Positions 1 through 8,261 of a stretch of 28,116 nucleotides of DNA are shown piece after piece. Within the stretch, counting starts at the first letter, position 1, and each line of letters opens with the position of its first letter. The stretch lies in the IMG/VR virus record IMGVR_UViG_3300048858_000114, positions 1 through 28,116 of that record; one strand, 5' to 3'. The translations under genes and the position numbers were made by a program. The notes under the pieces were generated by a model. The model had not been told where the DNA came from, did no database searches, and worked only from the letters and a program-made list of their open reading frames with translations. This DNA is from a virus (taxonomy: Duplodnaviria > Caudoviricetes).

Positions 1-1083
1 TCACGCTGAAATCTTCACTTTGACCGGCTCAATGCCGCGCCCATTGGCGTAAATGGCCGCTGTCGCGTCGCTCATATGGCCGAGCAACGCTTTCGTGTCC
101 ACGCCGCCCTGTTCCATGTACAGGCGCTTGCAGAGGCTGCGGATCTCGTGGAAGGTCGGCGCATCCTCGCCGGTGATCCCGGCCAGCTCGCGGGCCTTCG
201 CAAAGGCGTCGGTCAGGCTTTGCATCCGAATGCGCGAACCACGCTTTGCCGGCCCCCATGTCTTCGTCTGGTGCAGCAGGTAGCGGCTGACGATGCCGGT
301 GCCCTTGCAGCGCGCCAGCACATCCGCCACGCTCATGCCGATGGCGTCCATGCGCAGCGATAGGGGGATGGCGATGCGCACGCCTGTCTTGGATCTGGAG
401 GCGATAATCACATCCCCCTCAATGGCGGACCGCTCCCACCTGGCGATCGTTGACCGGTCTTGACCGGTTACCAGAGCGAGGAGCATGGCGTTTTCGAGGT
501 AGTCCAGAACCTCCGGCGCCTTGGCGAGAATAGCGTTGAACGTCTCCAGCGTCAGCCGCTTGCGGCGCACCTTGACCCTGATTTTCTCGGTAACCTCGAC
601 CGGGTTCGATTGCATCCAGCCCAGCGCCACGCCCTTCAGGCAGACCACCATGAGGCGGGACCGAACGGTCTGCGCCATTCGCTGCACGCCACGGGCCTTC
701 ATCGACTCCAGTAGGCCGGCGACATCCTTTGCCGTGAGCTGGTCGCAGCGGATATGGCCCAGGTTGTCACGGATGATCTTCTGCGCGGACTTGACCGTGT
801 ACAGGGAGGTCTTCTTGTAGCCGTCCAGGGGCATGCGCTCCAAAAGGTCCGCGACGGTCTCCGGTGACGTTTCAATACGTTCCGCCAGCGACTTGCGGGC
901 TAGGCCCTTCTCGGCCACCACATTCGCTTCAATCGCCTCGTGGATCGCCTGTGCGGCCGGTACGCGCCCGATAACGTGCGTCTTACCGTCTCTTGGGTCG
1001 CGCCAGACATAGTAACCGGGCCGCGGCTCGTGCAGATTTGGCGGGAAGTGCGCCCGCTTGCGGATGCGTGGTCGTGCTGCCAT
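1..1083 (-). CDS. int: Tyrosine recombinase, lambda-type phage integrase
   Basis: N-terminal arm-binding-like segment (PPNLH..YYVWRDPRDGK), SKTG, HEIRSL (HxxR), LLGH, C-terminal Tyr (AIY); next to xis. Confidence 0.95.
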   Translation of the reverse strand: MAARPRIRKRAHFPPNLHEPRPGYYVWRDPRDGKTHVIGRVPAAQAIHEAIEANVVAEKGLARKSLAERIETSPETVADLLERMPLDGYKKTSLYTVKSAQKIIRDNLGHIRCDQLTAKDVAGLLESMKARGVQRMAQTVRSRLMVVCLKGVALGWMQSNPVEVTEKIRVKVRRKRLTLETFNAILAKAPEVLDYLENAMLLALVTGQDRSTIARWERSAIEGDVIIASRSKTGVRIAIPLSLRMDAIGMSVADVLARCKGTGIVSRYLLHQTKTWGPAKRGSRIRMQSLTDAFAKARELAGITGEDAPTFHEIRSLCKRLYMEQGGVDTKALLGHMSDATAAIYANGRGIEPVKVKISA

Positions 1084-1086
1084 GGC

Positions 1087-1284
1087 CTATTGCGGAATCC
1101 GCGTAGCGAGGGAAGGGCGAGCGATGCCGCCTTGAAAGACGGCATTTTGCTCGACATAGTAGGCGCGGCCCACCTTTACAGGCGGCGGGTATATCTTGCC
1201 GTCCTTGATCCAAAGCCGTGCGGTGCGGATGGCCGGAGGCGGATCGAATTGGCTTTTCAACCATTCATCGAGGCGCTTTTTCAT
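1087..1284 (-). CDS. xis: Excisionase (lambda Xis-like)
   Basis: LDEW...RTARLWIKDGKIYPPPVKVGRAYYVEQNA motif; ATG at 1284 with GGAG RBS; directly upstream of int. Confidence 0.9.
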   Translation of the reverse strand: MKKRLDEWLKSQFDPPPAIRTARLWIKDGKIYPPPVKVGRAYYVEQNAVFQGGIARPSLATRIPQ

Positions 1285-1350
1285 TTCGGTGCTCCAGGTT
1301 CCAAAGTCTTGCGGTCGTTTCAATAATCCTTGCTGCTGCTTCCTGCACTG

Positions 1351-1554
1351 CTATCCCTCGTCCTCGTACTGTTCTTCGCCCGCGTAGCGCTTGAGCACCA
1401 CGCGGACTTCGTATTCCTCGCCGTTGAGCATGACCATGCCGACTCGGTGGTCTGCCATCGAGGGGACGACCTCGACTGACTCGATGGTGTCCACGGCGCG
1501 GTCGAACTGCTTGACCAGATCCTTGTGCATGCGCTTGCGGGTTACTTGGTCCAT
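1351..1554 (-). CDS. Hypothetical phage protein (67 aa)
   Basis: AAGGAG RBS; overlaps the end of the upstream gene; fits operon tiling. Confidence 0.65.
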   Translation of the reverse strand: MDQVTRKRMHKDLVKQFDRAVDTIESVEVVPSMADHRVGMVMLNGEEYEVRVVLKRYAGEEQYEDEG

Positions 1555-1922
1555 GTCGTCTCCTTTGCCAGGACGGCGCGCATTGACTCAACTTCTGCTG
1601 GATTCTCGTCCCGCCATTCCTGCCAGCTAGGATCGGTCAGCTTCCATTCGATCCACTCGGGATGATCCGGCTTAGCGAGGAACGGCTTGCGACGCTTCTC
1701 GCACCGCTCGCACAGTTGCGGCCGCCTCATCGGCAGAAAAAGGTGCGCGCCGCAGAAGTACAAGCCGCATCCACGGTCGCCGCCGTACGGCTCGCCACCG
1801 CATACACGCGCCAAGCCGCGATCAATCTTTTCATTGCAATCGGGATGGTCGCAAGTCGCCGGCACGCCGTACCCAATATCGCGATTCCAGTTGCTGTCGT
1901 ATCCTATGGACCAGCCCATCAT
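1542..1922 (-). CDS. Cys-rich conserved phage hypothetical protein (probable Zn binding)
   Basis: MGWSIGYD..RDIGYGVPATCDHPDC...CGLYFC...CERC; GGAGG RBS; start at 1922 or 1919. Confidence 0.8.
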   Translation of the reverse strand: MMGWSIGYDSNWNRDIGYGVPATCDHPDCNEKIDRGLARVCGGEPYGGDRGCGLYFCGAHLFLPMRRPQLCERCEKRRKPFLAKPDHPEWIEWKLTDPSWQEWRDENPAEVESMRAVLAKETTWTK

Positions 1923-2047
1923 TGACCTCCCCTGACGCACTGGATAGTCGCGGCGCCGTAATAGACATGGAAATTACCGACGCCGATAGCGCCAAGGAAC
2001 CACATCAAGGCGAAGGACGCGCCCACGCCGGCTAGTAGTGCCTTCAT
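1919..2047 (-). CDS. Small membrane protein (42 aa)
   Basis: MKALLAGVGASFALMWFLGAIGVG hydrophobic stretch; ATGA overlaps at both ends. Confidence 0.65.
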   Translation of the reverse strand: MKALLAGVGASFALMWFLGAIGVGNFHVYYGAATIQCVRGGQ

Positions 2048-2262
2048 CCCTTCTCCTTGATCTCGGCGCGGATGGCGTCGGCATTCATGGCTCCAAGCGT
2101 GTCCTCGTCGTCGTATGGGTTCATGATCTTGGCCGCCCGCTCCATGCCAGCGGCGACCGCTTTGCGGAACAGCCATTCGTCGTAGCCGGGGTCATCCTGT
2201 GCCGGCATGGACGGATCGCCCATGATCCTGTCGAACGCCTCGCGCAACTGCTTATCGTCCAT
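2044..2262 (-). CDS. Hypothetical phage protein (72 aa)
   Basis: MDDKQLREAFD...ADAIRAEI; GGGAG RBS; tiles with neighbours. Confidence 0.7.
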   Translation of the reverse strand: MDDKQLREAFDRIMGDPSMPAQDDPGYDEWLFRKAVAAGMERAAKIMNPYDDEDTLGAMNADAIRAEIKEKG

Positions 2263-2539
2263 CGTCGCTCCCCTTGCTGGTGGCCTCCCACTGCCGGCAG
2301 GCAGGCGAGCGCAGCATGATGTCGGTGCCCTGGCCTCCGGTCCAATGCTGGCGCAGTAGCTCGCACTTCGCGTAGCGGCCGAAGCGCCGAGCGTGGTCGC
2401 ATGTCGCGCACGTCTCGCCTTCTGGTCCGGTTCCCGGCGCTGCGCCGTATCCATTCCGAGCGACTGGCTTGCGCCTCGCCTCGCTAATCCGCACTACCTC
2501 TGGCTGTCCGAACAGGTTGACCATCTGGATGGTTTTCAT
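2252..2539 (-). CDS. Cys-rich hypothetical protein (95 aa)
   Basis: GYGAAPGTGPEGETCATCDH...KCEL...PACRQW; ATGA overlap. Confidence 0.75.
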   Translation of the reverse strand: MKTIQMVNLFGQPEVVRISEARRKPVARNGYGAAPGTGPEGETCATCDHARRFGRYAKCELLRQHWTGGQGTDIMLRSPACRQWEATSKGSDDGR

Positions 2540-3033
2540 CGCGGCTCCCCCTTGCTGGCGGCAATGGCGGCGACCAAGCCGTCTGCTTCCTCGTCCAGCG
2601 CTTCGGGGTCCAGCTCACCTCGGCTGTTGAGCACGCGAAGACCGCTCCATTCGCTCCCGCACGCGCGGATGGCTCGATACCGCTCCGCATCCCTCCGATC
2701 CCGCTCCGCATCGCCGGCCGGCGGCGTGGGCGCGGCGTCGATCATGGCGGCGTAGACCTCGACAGTCGGCTTATCTTCATGACGTGCAATGATGCCCCGT
2801 GCTTCCATGGTCTCGGTCGGCTCCACCGGCACCAGCTTCCACCCCTCCGGCACGCCGGCCCGCTGCCCGGCCGGGGTGCCATGCTTGAGGGACCAAACTT
2901 CCACGCGAAGCCGGTCAATCTCCGCGAACAGGGCGGCTCTCTCATGGCTCAACGTGCCGGCGCGCGATGCGTTCATCGGCTGTATGGCGGCTCGCAGTTC
3001 CTTTTCCAGTTCGATTGTCAGTTCACCCTGCAT
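2536..3033 (-). CDS. Ead/Ea22/Eaa-like mosaic early protein
   Basis: ALFAEIDRLR, VPEGWKLVPVEPT..M...YAAMIDAAP and DAERYR modules typical of lambdoid early-left accessory proteins. Confidence 0.75.
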   Translation of the reverse strand: MQGELTIELEKELRAAIQPMNASRAGTLSHERAALFAEIDRLRVEVWSLKHGTPAGQRAGVPEGWKLVPVEPTETMEARGIIARHEDKPTVEVYAAMIDAAPTPPAGDAERDRRDAERYRAIRACGSEWSGLRVLNSRGELDPEALDEEADGLVAAIAASKGEPR

Positions 3034-3280
3034 TGCTCTCTCCCCGCGCTGCGTCGATGGCGGCGTCCGTCATGGCGTCAATTTCCTCTGGCGTGACTTC
3101 CACGCGCCCACCGCCGTTATCGTCGCGCACTGCTTTCGTGGTCGCGCGGATGAACCGATACCGCGCCGCGTCCTGCTCCAACCGGCGGGCATAGGCGATC
3201 AAGGCGAGGGTCATGTCCTGAGGTAGATAGGCAATATTGGCAATCGCCTCGCACTCATCCAGATTCATCGCGTCATCCAT
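3023..3280 (-). CDS. Ead/Ea22-like hypothetical protein (85 aa)
   Basis: LALIAYARRLEQDAARYRFIR...IDAMTDAAIDAAR; GGAG RBS. Confidence 0.7.
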   Translation of the reverse strand: MDDAMNLDECEAIANIAYLPQDMTLALIAYARRLEQDAARYRFIRATTKAVRDDNGGGRVEVTPEEIDAMTDAAIDAARGESNAG

Positions 3281-3824
3281 GGTCGGCTCCGTTCGGTTGC
3301 GCGTCGGCTTCATGGTCGAGAATGAAGCAGGCAATATGTCGGCCGGTTCCCTTACCCTGCGATCCATCCTCAGTGGCGAGCCAACGCACATCACCCAGAT
3401 TGCGTACCTTGGCGCCCGCGGCTAGAAGCATCAACACCCACTTATCTATCGGGTAGACCAGGACCACCTTCTTGCCCTCTTGGTGTTCTGCGATAGCCTT
3501 TCGTGCCCAAGCGGTTGGCCCTTTCTTCTTTCCCTCGTGAAGGATGGATCCGAACGGGGGATTCACATAGGACGATGACCCCCATTCGCATGTCAGCCCG
3601 TCGAAGCCATCGGGCTTTGGAAATGGGCACGGATCGAAGTCGAAAGAAAATTCGGCATTCAGCGCGTCGTACAAGTCGGGGGGTGTCAGCCAATAGTGCT
3701 TCCCATCGTCGCCATTCCCTACGTGGAATTTGTTCGCCGCCGGGGATAGCGACCGTTGGTGCTTAGCTTTCTGGCTCTCGGTCTCATCCGGCGCAATATC
3801 GAAGGGCAGTTGCATATCCATCAC
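3273..3824 (-). CDS. Phage DNA N6-adenine methyltransferase (phage Dam-type)
   Basis: WLTPPDLYDALNAEFSFDFDPC, DGL..EW and catalytic YVNPPF motif; GTG at 3824 or ATG at 3821 overlaps the upstream stop. Confidence 0.85.
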   Translation of the reverse strand: MMDMQLPFDIAPDETESQKAKHQRSLSPAANKFHVGNGDDGKHYWLTPPDLYDALNAEFSFDFDPCPFPKPDGFDGLTCEWGSSSYVNPPFGSILHEGKKKGPTAWARKAIAEHQEGKKVVLVYPIDKWVLMLLAAGAKVRNLGDVRWLATEDGSQGKGTGRHIACFILDHEADAQPNGADHG

Positions 3825-5221
3825 GCATCCCCCTTCTGCGCGGCGAGGGCGGCGCGGTCCAGCCGCTCGATTTCGGCCAGGATAAGGGCTCCGGCCTTCT
3901 CCAGGTTGCGGCGCGGGTCGTCGGACGGTTTCCACCACGCAGCGGCCCACGGCCAATTGATTGGGATAGCCCCATCGCGCTGGTATTCAGTCTCCCAGCC
4001 GTTCCATTCGATATAGCAGGACGCCGCCTGCGCGAGCGTGCCCGGGATATGCTGGTCGTCGTGTTCGGGCGTCCAGCCTTCGGCCTCGACCTGGCGGCGG
4101 CGCTCGGCCAGCACGTCGCGGGCGGCGGCAGTCAGCCCCTCCGCGTGCGATTCCGAGGCGCGGGCGAGGATGGCGCGGACGATATCAAGTGCCCCTCCCC
4201 ACGTAGGCGACGCGACGAACCACCGGCCGTCTTTGTCTTGAACGAGCAGGCCGGCAGCGACGCCGATTTTCCTTGCCTGCTCATCCGTCAGCGCCGCACC
4301 TTGCCTCCCCCTGATTCCATCGTCGATGTCGCACGAGTCCGCAGGGCAGACCACGCCGTCACGGGCGCCAGCGGCGCAGATGTCGGCAAAGCCGTGCTGG
4401 CAGTCTTTCGGCGCCGCGCCTTCCGGCTGGCGGGAATGGGCGGCTTGCTTTGTGGTAACGACAAACCCCACAGGACTATCAACGTACCCAACCTGCACGG
4501 CGTCAGTCTGCGCGGGCGCGCCTTGTTCTTGCCTATGCGCTTGCACTAGGGGGCTTGCTTCGGTCATCTGCGCGCGCAGCTTGGCACCTTGCGGCTGGCG
4601 GTAATGGGCGGCCATATGCCCGTAAATCTGCTGATTGAATGCCGCGATTTTCCGGCGTTCTTCCTCGGTGAACATGGGCGCGCTTTGCTGTTGGCGGGAA
4701 TGAGCGGCTTGCGCCAGCGGGTCAATCGTTGCGCCGAACGAGACGGCGGGAACGTGCTGCGCCTCTGCTGCGGCGGGCGCGGCGAGTAGAGCGCGCATCG
4801 CTTCAGCTTCGACGGTCGTAACAGTACCCGCCAACTCGCACGAATCAATAGCGGTTCGCAGATCAGCCCGCGTTTTGACATCCACCCCCCGCGCTTCCTC
4901 GGCGGGCTGCCACAACGGATAGCCCTTCTTCGACGGGGCGGCGTTCGGCGCGCACATCCAGCCGCAGTGCCGGCACTCGCGCATGACTTGCGCACCCTCG
5001 GCGGCCTGCTCGGCCAGTTCCTCGCGCGTTAGGTTCCTTCCGTCCCTGAAGCCCGCCATGTACTCGGGATTTGTGGTCAGTTGCTCGGCCTGCTGCGCGA
5101 TGGGCTGCGGAACGAACAGGGCTGCGATAGCGCCGTCATCGCGTTCAGTGCACTCGACCCATGGCCCGTACTCCGATGCCTTACGGAAATACGTCACCGC
5201 CTGCTTCTGTTCTTCGCTCAT
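3821..5221 (-). CDS. 466-aa mosaic phage protein with conserved C-terminal domain of unknown function
   Basis: GAGG RBS; C-terminal AARDVLAERRRQV..EGWTPEHDD...WPW...WWKP..RRNLEKAGALILAEIERLDR; internal Cys modules and repeated Q/A linkers. Confidence 0.85.
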   Translation of the reverse strand: MSEEQKQAVTYFRKASEYGPWVECTERDDGAIAALFVPQPIAQQAEQLTTNPEYMAGFRDGRNLTREELAEQAAEGAQVMRECRHCGWMCAPNAAPSKKGYPLWQPAEEARGVDVKTRADLRTAIDSCELAGTVTTVEAEAMRALLAAPAAAEAQHVPAVSFGATIDPLAQAAHSRQQQSAPMFTEEERRKIAAFNQQIYGHMAAHYRQPQGAKLRAQMTEASPLVQAHRQEQGAPAQTDAVQVGYVDSPVGFVVTTKQAAHSRQPEGAAPKDCQHGFADICAAGARDGVVCPADSCDIDDGIRGRQGAALTDEQARKIGVAAGLLVQDKDGRWFVASPTWGGALDIVRAILARASESHAEGLTAAARDVLAERRRQVEAEGWTPEHDDQHIPGTLAQAASCYIEWNGWETEYQRDGAIPINWPWAAAWWKPSDDPRRNLEKAGALILAEIERLDRAALAAQKGDA

Positions 5222-5235
5222 GTCGTCCTCAGTGT

Positions 5236-5275
5236 AAAAAGGCGGCTGCACGCCGGGGTGGATTGATGCAGCCGC
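5236..5275 (-). terminator. Putative intrinsic terminator after ssb
   Basis: 9-bp perfect stem GCGGCTGCA (5242-5250 / 5267-5275), 16-nt loop, then CTTTTT on the minus strand. Confidence 0.55.
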
Positions 5276-5284
5276 AAGTCGCAG

Positions 5285-5755
5285 TCAGAATGGGATGTCG
5301 TCATCCATGTCATCGAAGCCGCCAGCCGGCGCTTGCTGCTGCGTGCTGCCCTCGCGCGCCCTACGGTACTCAGTACCTGCCGAACGGTCCTGGCCGCGAT
5401 TGCCGCCGTCACCTTCATCCCGCTTTCCTCCGAGCATCTGGAGCGTGTCGGCCTTGATTTCGGTGCTGTAGCGGTCTGCGCCGGACTGGTCTTGCCATTT
5501 CCGCGTGCGCAGACTGCCTTCGATATAGACCTGCGAACCCTTGCGCAAATACTGCCCTGCGATCTCGGCAAGCTTCCCGAAGAACGCTACGCGGTGCCAT
5601 TCGGTCTGTTCCTTCTGCTCGCCGGTTTGCTTGTCCTTCCACTTGTCGGTGGTGGCGATGGAAATGTTCGTTACTGCGTCGCCGCTCGGCATGGAGCGCG
5701 TTTCCGGGTCGTTGCCCAGGTTGCCAACGAGAATGACTTTGTTCACGGATGCCAT
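5285..5755 (-). CDS. ssb: Single-stranded DNA-binding protein
   Basis: [18 protein letters not shown]...TEWHRV...[16 protein letters not shown]; acidic DDDIPF tail. Confidence 0.98.
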   Translation of the reverse strand: MASVNKVILVGNLGNDPETRSMPSGDAVTNISIATTDKWKDKQTGEQKEQTEWHRVAFFGKLAEIAGQYLRKGSQVYIEGSLRTRKWQDQSGADRYSTEIKADTLQMLGGKRDEGDGGNRGQDRSAGTEYRRAREGSTQQQAPAGGFDDMDDDIPF

Positions 5756-5760
5756 TGCTT

Positions 5761-6894
5761 TTAGCCCGGTACGTCTTCGAAAGCCTCAACAGCGAAGTAG
5801 GGGGCGCCGTTGAGTTCCATGTGGAGACGGTTGAAGCCGTCTTTGATCTTCTCCAAATCGTAGGACTCGACCTCACGCCAAGCCGACGTGTCGAAGCATT
5901 TCTTCAGCAGGGCGATGACCTTCTCTTTGCCTTCCTGGGAGCGCCCCGAGATGCCGTGTTCGGTCATCAGGTTCTGGGTCTTCTCCAGATAGATTTCGCG
6001 CTGCGCCTCGCGCCACTTCCAGTCGCCGTTACCGTTTGCCTCTGGAATCATGTGTTCGCTGTTGCGGCTCGTGTCTACGCCGAGCTGCTGGCCGCCAAGA
6101 TTCAGCAGTTCGATATGTGGCAGGAAGTCTTTGAAGCGCGGATTCGTGAACGTCTTGCCATCGATCACGTTGAAGCGCTCCTTCAGGATGTAGGCGCGGC
6201 GCACCTGGCGCTTGCTCTCGATGCTCTCCATCTCGCGCTCCATCAGGACAAGGATGGAGGGCTCATAGCCCGTTTCGGTTTCGGCCTTCATCTTCACGCC
6301 CGTCTTCTCCAACTCCTTCTTGCCGTTGTCGTTGGTAAAGAAGTCGTACTCGTAGCCGGCCCGGCCACACATGAGGATGTGGACGTTGCTGTTGACGTAC
6401 AGGTCGGTGAACCGGCGCCATTCCTGCTTCAGCCAAGCCCAATCCGAGAACTCCAGACCGCGCTTACGGTTGCGCTTCTTGGCATACGACTCGGTGAACT
6501 CGGACCAGAAGTGCGAAATCGAGTCGATCAGCAAGACCGATGCATGCTTCTCTGCTTCCTCGACTGCAGACAGCAAATCAGAAAAGGCGCGCGTCTTCGC
6601 GGTGTAGAAATCAATGCCTTCCTCACGGAAACGAGGGATCACGTAATCGCTACCCGTTTCGGTGTCCAGGAAGAACACCGGGCGGTTTGCGTACTCGATG
6701 CCGCGCTCCTTTAGGTAGTTCACCAGACCGATTGAGATGTCGGTGGCCGTGAACGTCTTGCCGGCGCCGGCAAAGCCCATGAAGCCGGCCTTCAGAAAGG
6801 CTTGAGTGCTTTGAGCTGGTTGAAAGAGTTTCATGCGTTGTTCCTCGTAAGCCATTAATGTGTCCGCCGCGTCCTCGTTGTCGGCGTCGTCCAT
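5761..6894 (-). CDS. Sak4-like (AAA_24/RecA-fold) ATPase, putative single-strand annealing recombinase
   Basis: Walker [16 protein letters not shown], Walker [10 protein letters not shown]; adjacent to ssb; alternative start at 6834 with GAGG RBS. Confidence 0.8.
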   Translation of the reverse strand: MDDADNEDAADTLMAYEEQRMKLFQPAQSTQAFLKAGFMGFAGAGKTFTATDISIGLVNYLKERGIEYANRPVFFLDTETGSDYVIPRFREEGIDFYTAKTRAFSDLLSAVEEAEKHASVLLIDSISHFWSEFTESYAKKRNRKRGLEFSDWAWLKQEWRRFTDLYVNSNVHILMCGRAGYEYDFFTNDNGKKELEKTGVKMKAETETGYEPSILVLMEREMESIESKRQVRRAYILKERFNVIDGKTFTNPRFKDFLPHIELLNLGGQQLGVDTSRNSEHMIPEANGNGDWKWREAQREIYLEKTQNLMTEHGISGRSQEGKEKVIALLKKCFDTSAWREVESYDLEKIKDGFNRLHMELNGAPYFAVEAFEDVPG

Positions 6895-6895
6895 G

Positions 6896-7012
6896 TCACG
6901 CCACCATCGGCCCGTCGAGCCAGTTGCCCAGGCACACGACGGCAATCAGGAAGATCGTCACCAGCACCTGCGATGCCACCGGGTGGGCTGCGTCGAATTG
7001 CTCGAAGTTCAT
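6896..7012 (-). CDS. Small membrane protein (38 aa)
   Basis: MNFEQFDAAHPVASQVLVTIFLIAVVCLGNWLDG; AAGGAG RBS; ATGA overlap. Confidence 0.65.
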   Translation of the reverse strand: MNFEQFDAAHPVASQVLVTIFLIAVVCLGNWLDGPMVA

Positions 7013-7296
7013 GCTTGCTCCTTCTCCCAGTTGGAGAACAGCGACTTGCGACTTGCGCCGAACGTGCCGTCCTTCTTTCGCTTGCCGCCAACCACCCACA
7101 CGTCGCCCCAGCTCTTGGGGTCGACCTCAAGCACCTGATACCTTTCGCTGCCGCTCACAACGATGTCGCCGACCTTGACCCCGCTTTGGGCGATTCTGAG
7201 TTCATCCAACTGGCTTTCCAGATCGCGTAGTTTTTGTCTCGCATTGGCGATCTGGCTCATCAGGGCGTCTTCTTGCTTGCTGCGTTGCATCGTCAC
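7009..7296 (-). CDS. Hypothetical protein (coiled coil + SH3/KOW-like beta domain)
   Basis: Heptad N-terminus, then VKVGDIVV..YQVLEV...RKKDGTFG; start uncertain (7296/7290/7260). Confidence 0.7.
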   Translation of the reverse strand: MTMQRSKQEDALMSQIANARQKLRDLESQLDELRIAQSGVKVGDIVVSGSERYQVLEVDPKSWGDVWVVGGKRKKDGTFGASRKSLFSNWEKEQA

Positions 7297-7430
7297 ACTC
7301 CCATTGCTTGTCTGATCGCCGCTCCCAGTAGCGCTACGAGGAAGAGGACCACGCCGAACTTGAGCCTCTTGCAGTTGCGTGCGATTCGCTCGTCGCGCAT
7401 CCGCTCGTTGAAGTCTTGGATGTCGAGCAT
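7293..7430 (-). CDS. Small membrane protein (45 aa)
   Basis: MLDIQDFNERMRD...KFGVVLFLVALLGAAI; TAATG overlap with upstream gene; GGAG RBS. Confidence 0.65.
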   Translation of the reverse strand: MLDIQDFNERMRDERIARNCKRLKFGVVLFLVALLGAAIRQAMGV

Positions 7431-7636
7431 TACGACTCCCTGGCGGCGATCATGGCGTCGGCCATCGTGTAAGCGCTCGACGCGACGACGGCCTCTTGGT
7501 ACTCGGCTTCCGGGCCAGACCCGGCGACAAGCCCCTGCATCGCCTTCGCCGCGAAGTAGTCGCGCAGGGTCATGCCGCAATGCCGGTCTTCCATCGGAAC
7601 CGGAAACGCCGGCCCACCGTCCTTGATCTCGCTCAT
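7430..7636 (-). CDS. Conserved phage hypothetical protein (68 aa)
   Basis: DGGPAFP...GMTLRDYFAAKAMQG...AY.MADAMIAAR, a widespread phage motif. Confidence 0.85.
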   Translation of the reverse strand: MSEIKDGGPAFPVPMEDRHCGMTLRDYFAAKAMQGLVAGSGPEAEYQEAVVASSAYTMADAMIAARES

Positions 7637-7932
7637 GCCGCCACCTCGCTAGGCGTGTATTCGATGGCTTGGAGCGACTGGATCTGTTCGCTGATCTCGG
7701 TGATGCGCTTGCCGAGTTCCGCTCGCAGCTTCTCGCGCTGCTTCTCCAGCATCCGAATCTGCGCCGTGATCGGATCGAACCCTTCCGGCAGAGCAAAGGT
7801 CAGCGTGTGCTGACACACGGTCATGTAGCCGTGTTCGACCAACTCGGTCGCGCACCACGTGTAGTCAAGTTCGCCGCGCCAGTTCTCCTTCTGAGCGAGG
7901 ACAAATCCCTTCAGTTCAATGGTCTGTGCCAT
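7633..7932 (-). CDS. Hypothetical protein with C-terminal coiled coil (99 aa)
   Basis: AGGAG RBS; ATGA overlap; ..QIRMLEKQREKLRAEL..ITEISEQIQSLQAIEY. Confidence 0.8.
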   Translation of the reverse strand: MAQTIELKGFVLAQKENWRGELDYTWCATELVEHGYMTVCQHTLTFALPEGFDPITAQIRMLEKQREKLRAELGKRITEISEQIQSLQAIEYTPSEVAA

Positions 7933-7941
7933 GTGTCTCTC

Positions 7942-8037
7942 CTAGTTCGTGAAGGCGCCGCAGACGATCAGCAGCAGCACCGCAATCGGGCCGGCGAAGT
8001 ACGCCAGCGCTGCGATGAAGATGGCTTCGCGGCTCAT
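7942..8037 (-). CDS. Very small membrane peptide (31 aa, MSREAIFIAALAYFAGPIAVLLLIVCGAFTN); not in ORF track
   Basis: Hand-translated; AGGAG RBS, ATGA overlap with 8034 gene, fills the gap before the next RBS. Confidence 0.6.
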   Translation of the reverse strand: MSREAIFIAALAYFAGPIAVLLLIVCGAFTN

Positions 8038-8261
8038 TGCTGGCTCCTGGCGCGGGCGAGGGTGGCGCGGGCGAACTGGACCGCCTGACTGGACGGCATG
8101 ATCGGCCCCTCATGGATCGCGCGGCATTCACCATGAGCGTTCCAGGCAAGGGAGGCCGTCACCTCAGTCAGCGCCTCCACCAGCTCCGCGATCAGCTTCT
8201 TGTCCGTGGTCAGCTCGTTCTCATGCGCTGCCTGCCTGCACGCCGCTTGCTCGTTGGTCAT
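8034..8261 (-). CDS. Hypothetical phage protein (75 aa)
   Basis: GGAG RBS; ATGA overlaps; LIAELVEALTE...ARATLARAR. Confidence 0.7.
   Translation of the reverse strand: MTNEQAACRQAAHENELTTDKKLIAELVEALTEVTASLAWNAHGECRAIHEGPIMPSSQAVQFARATLARARSQQ

Noticed and set aside
1-60. att site
   Set aside because: Window begins at the integrase stop codon, so any att core lies outside the window
5749-6714. 321-aa plus-strand ORF opposite the ATPase
   Set aside because: Antisense shadow of a clearly real gene; no recognisable domain
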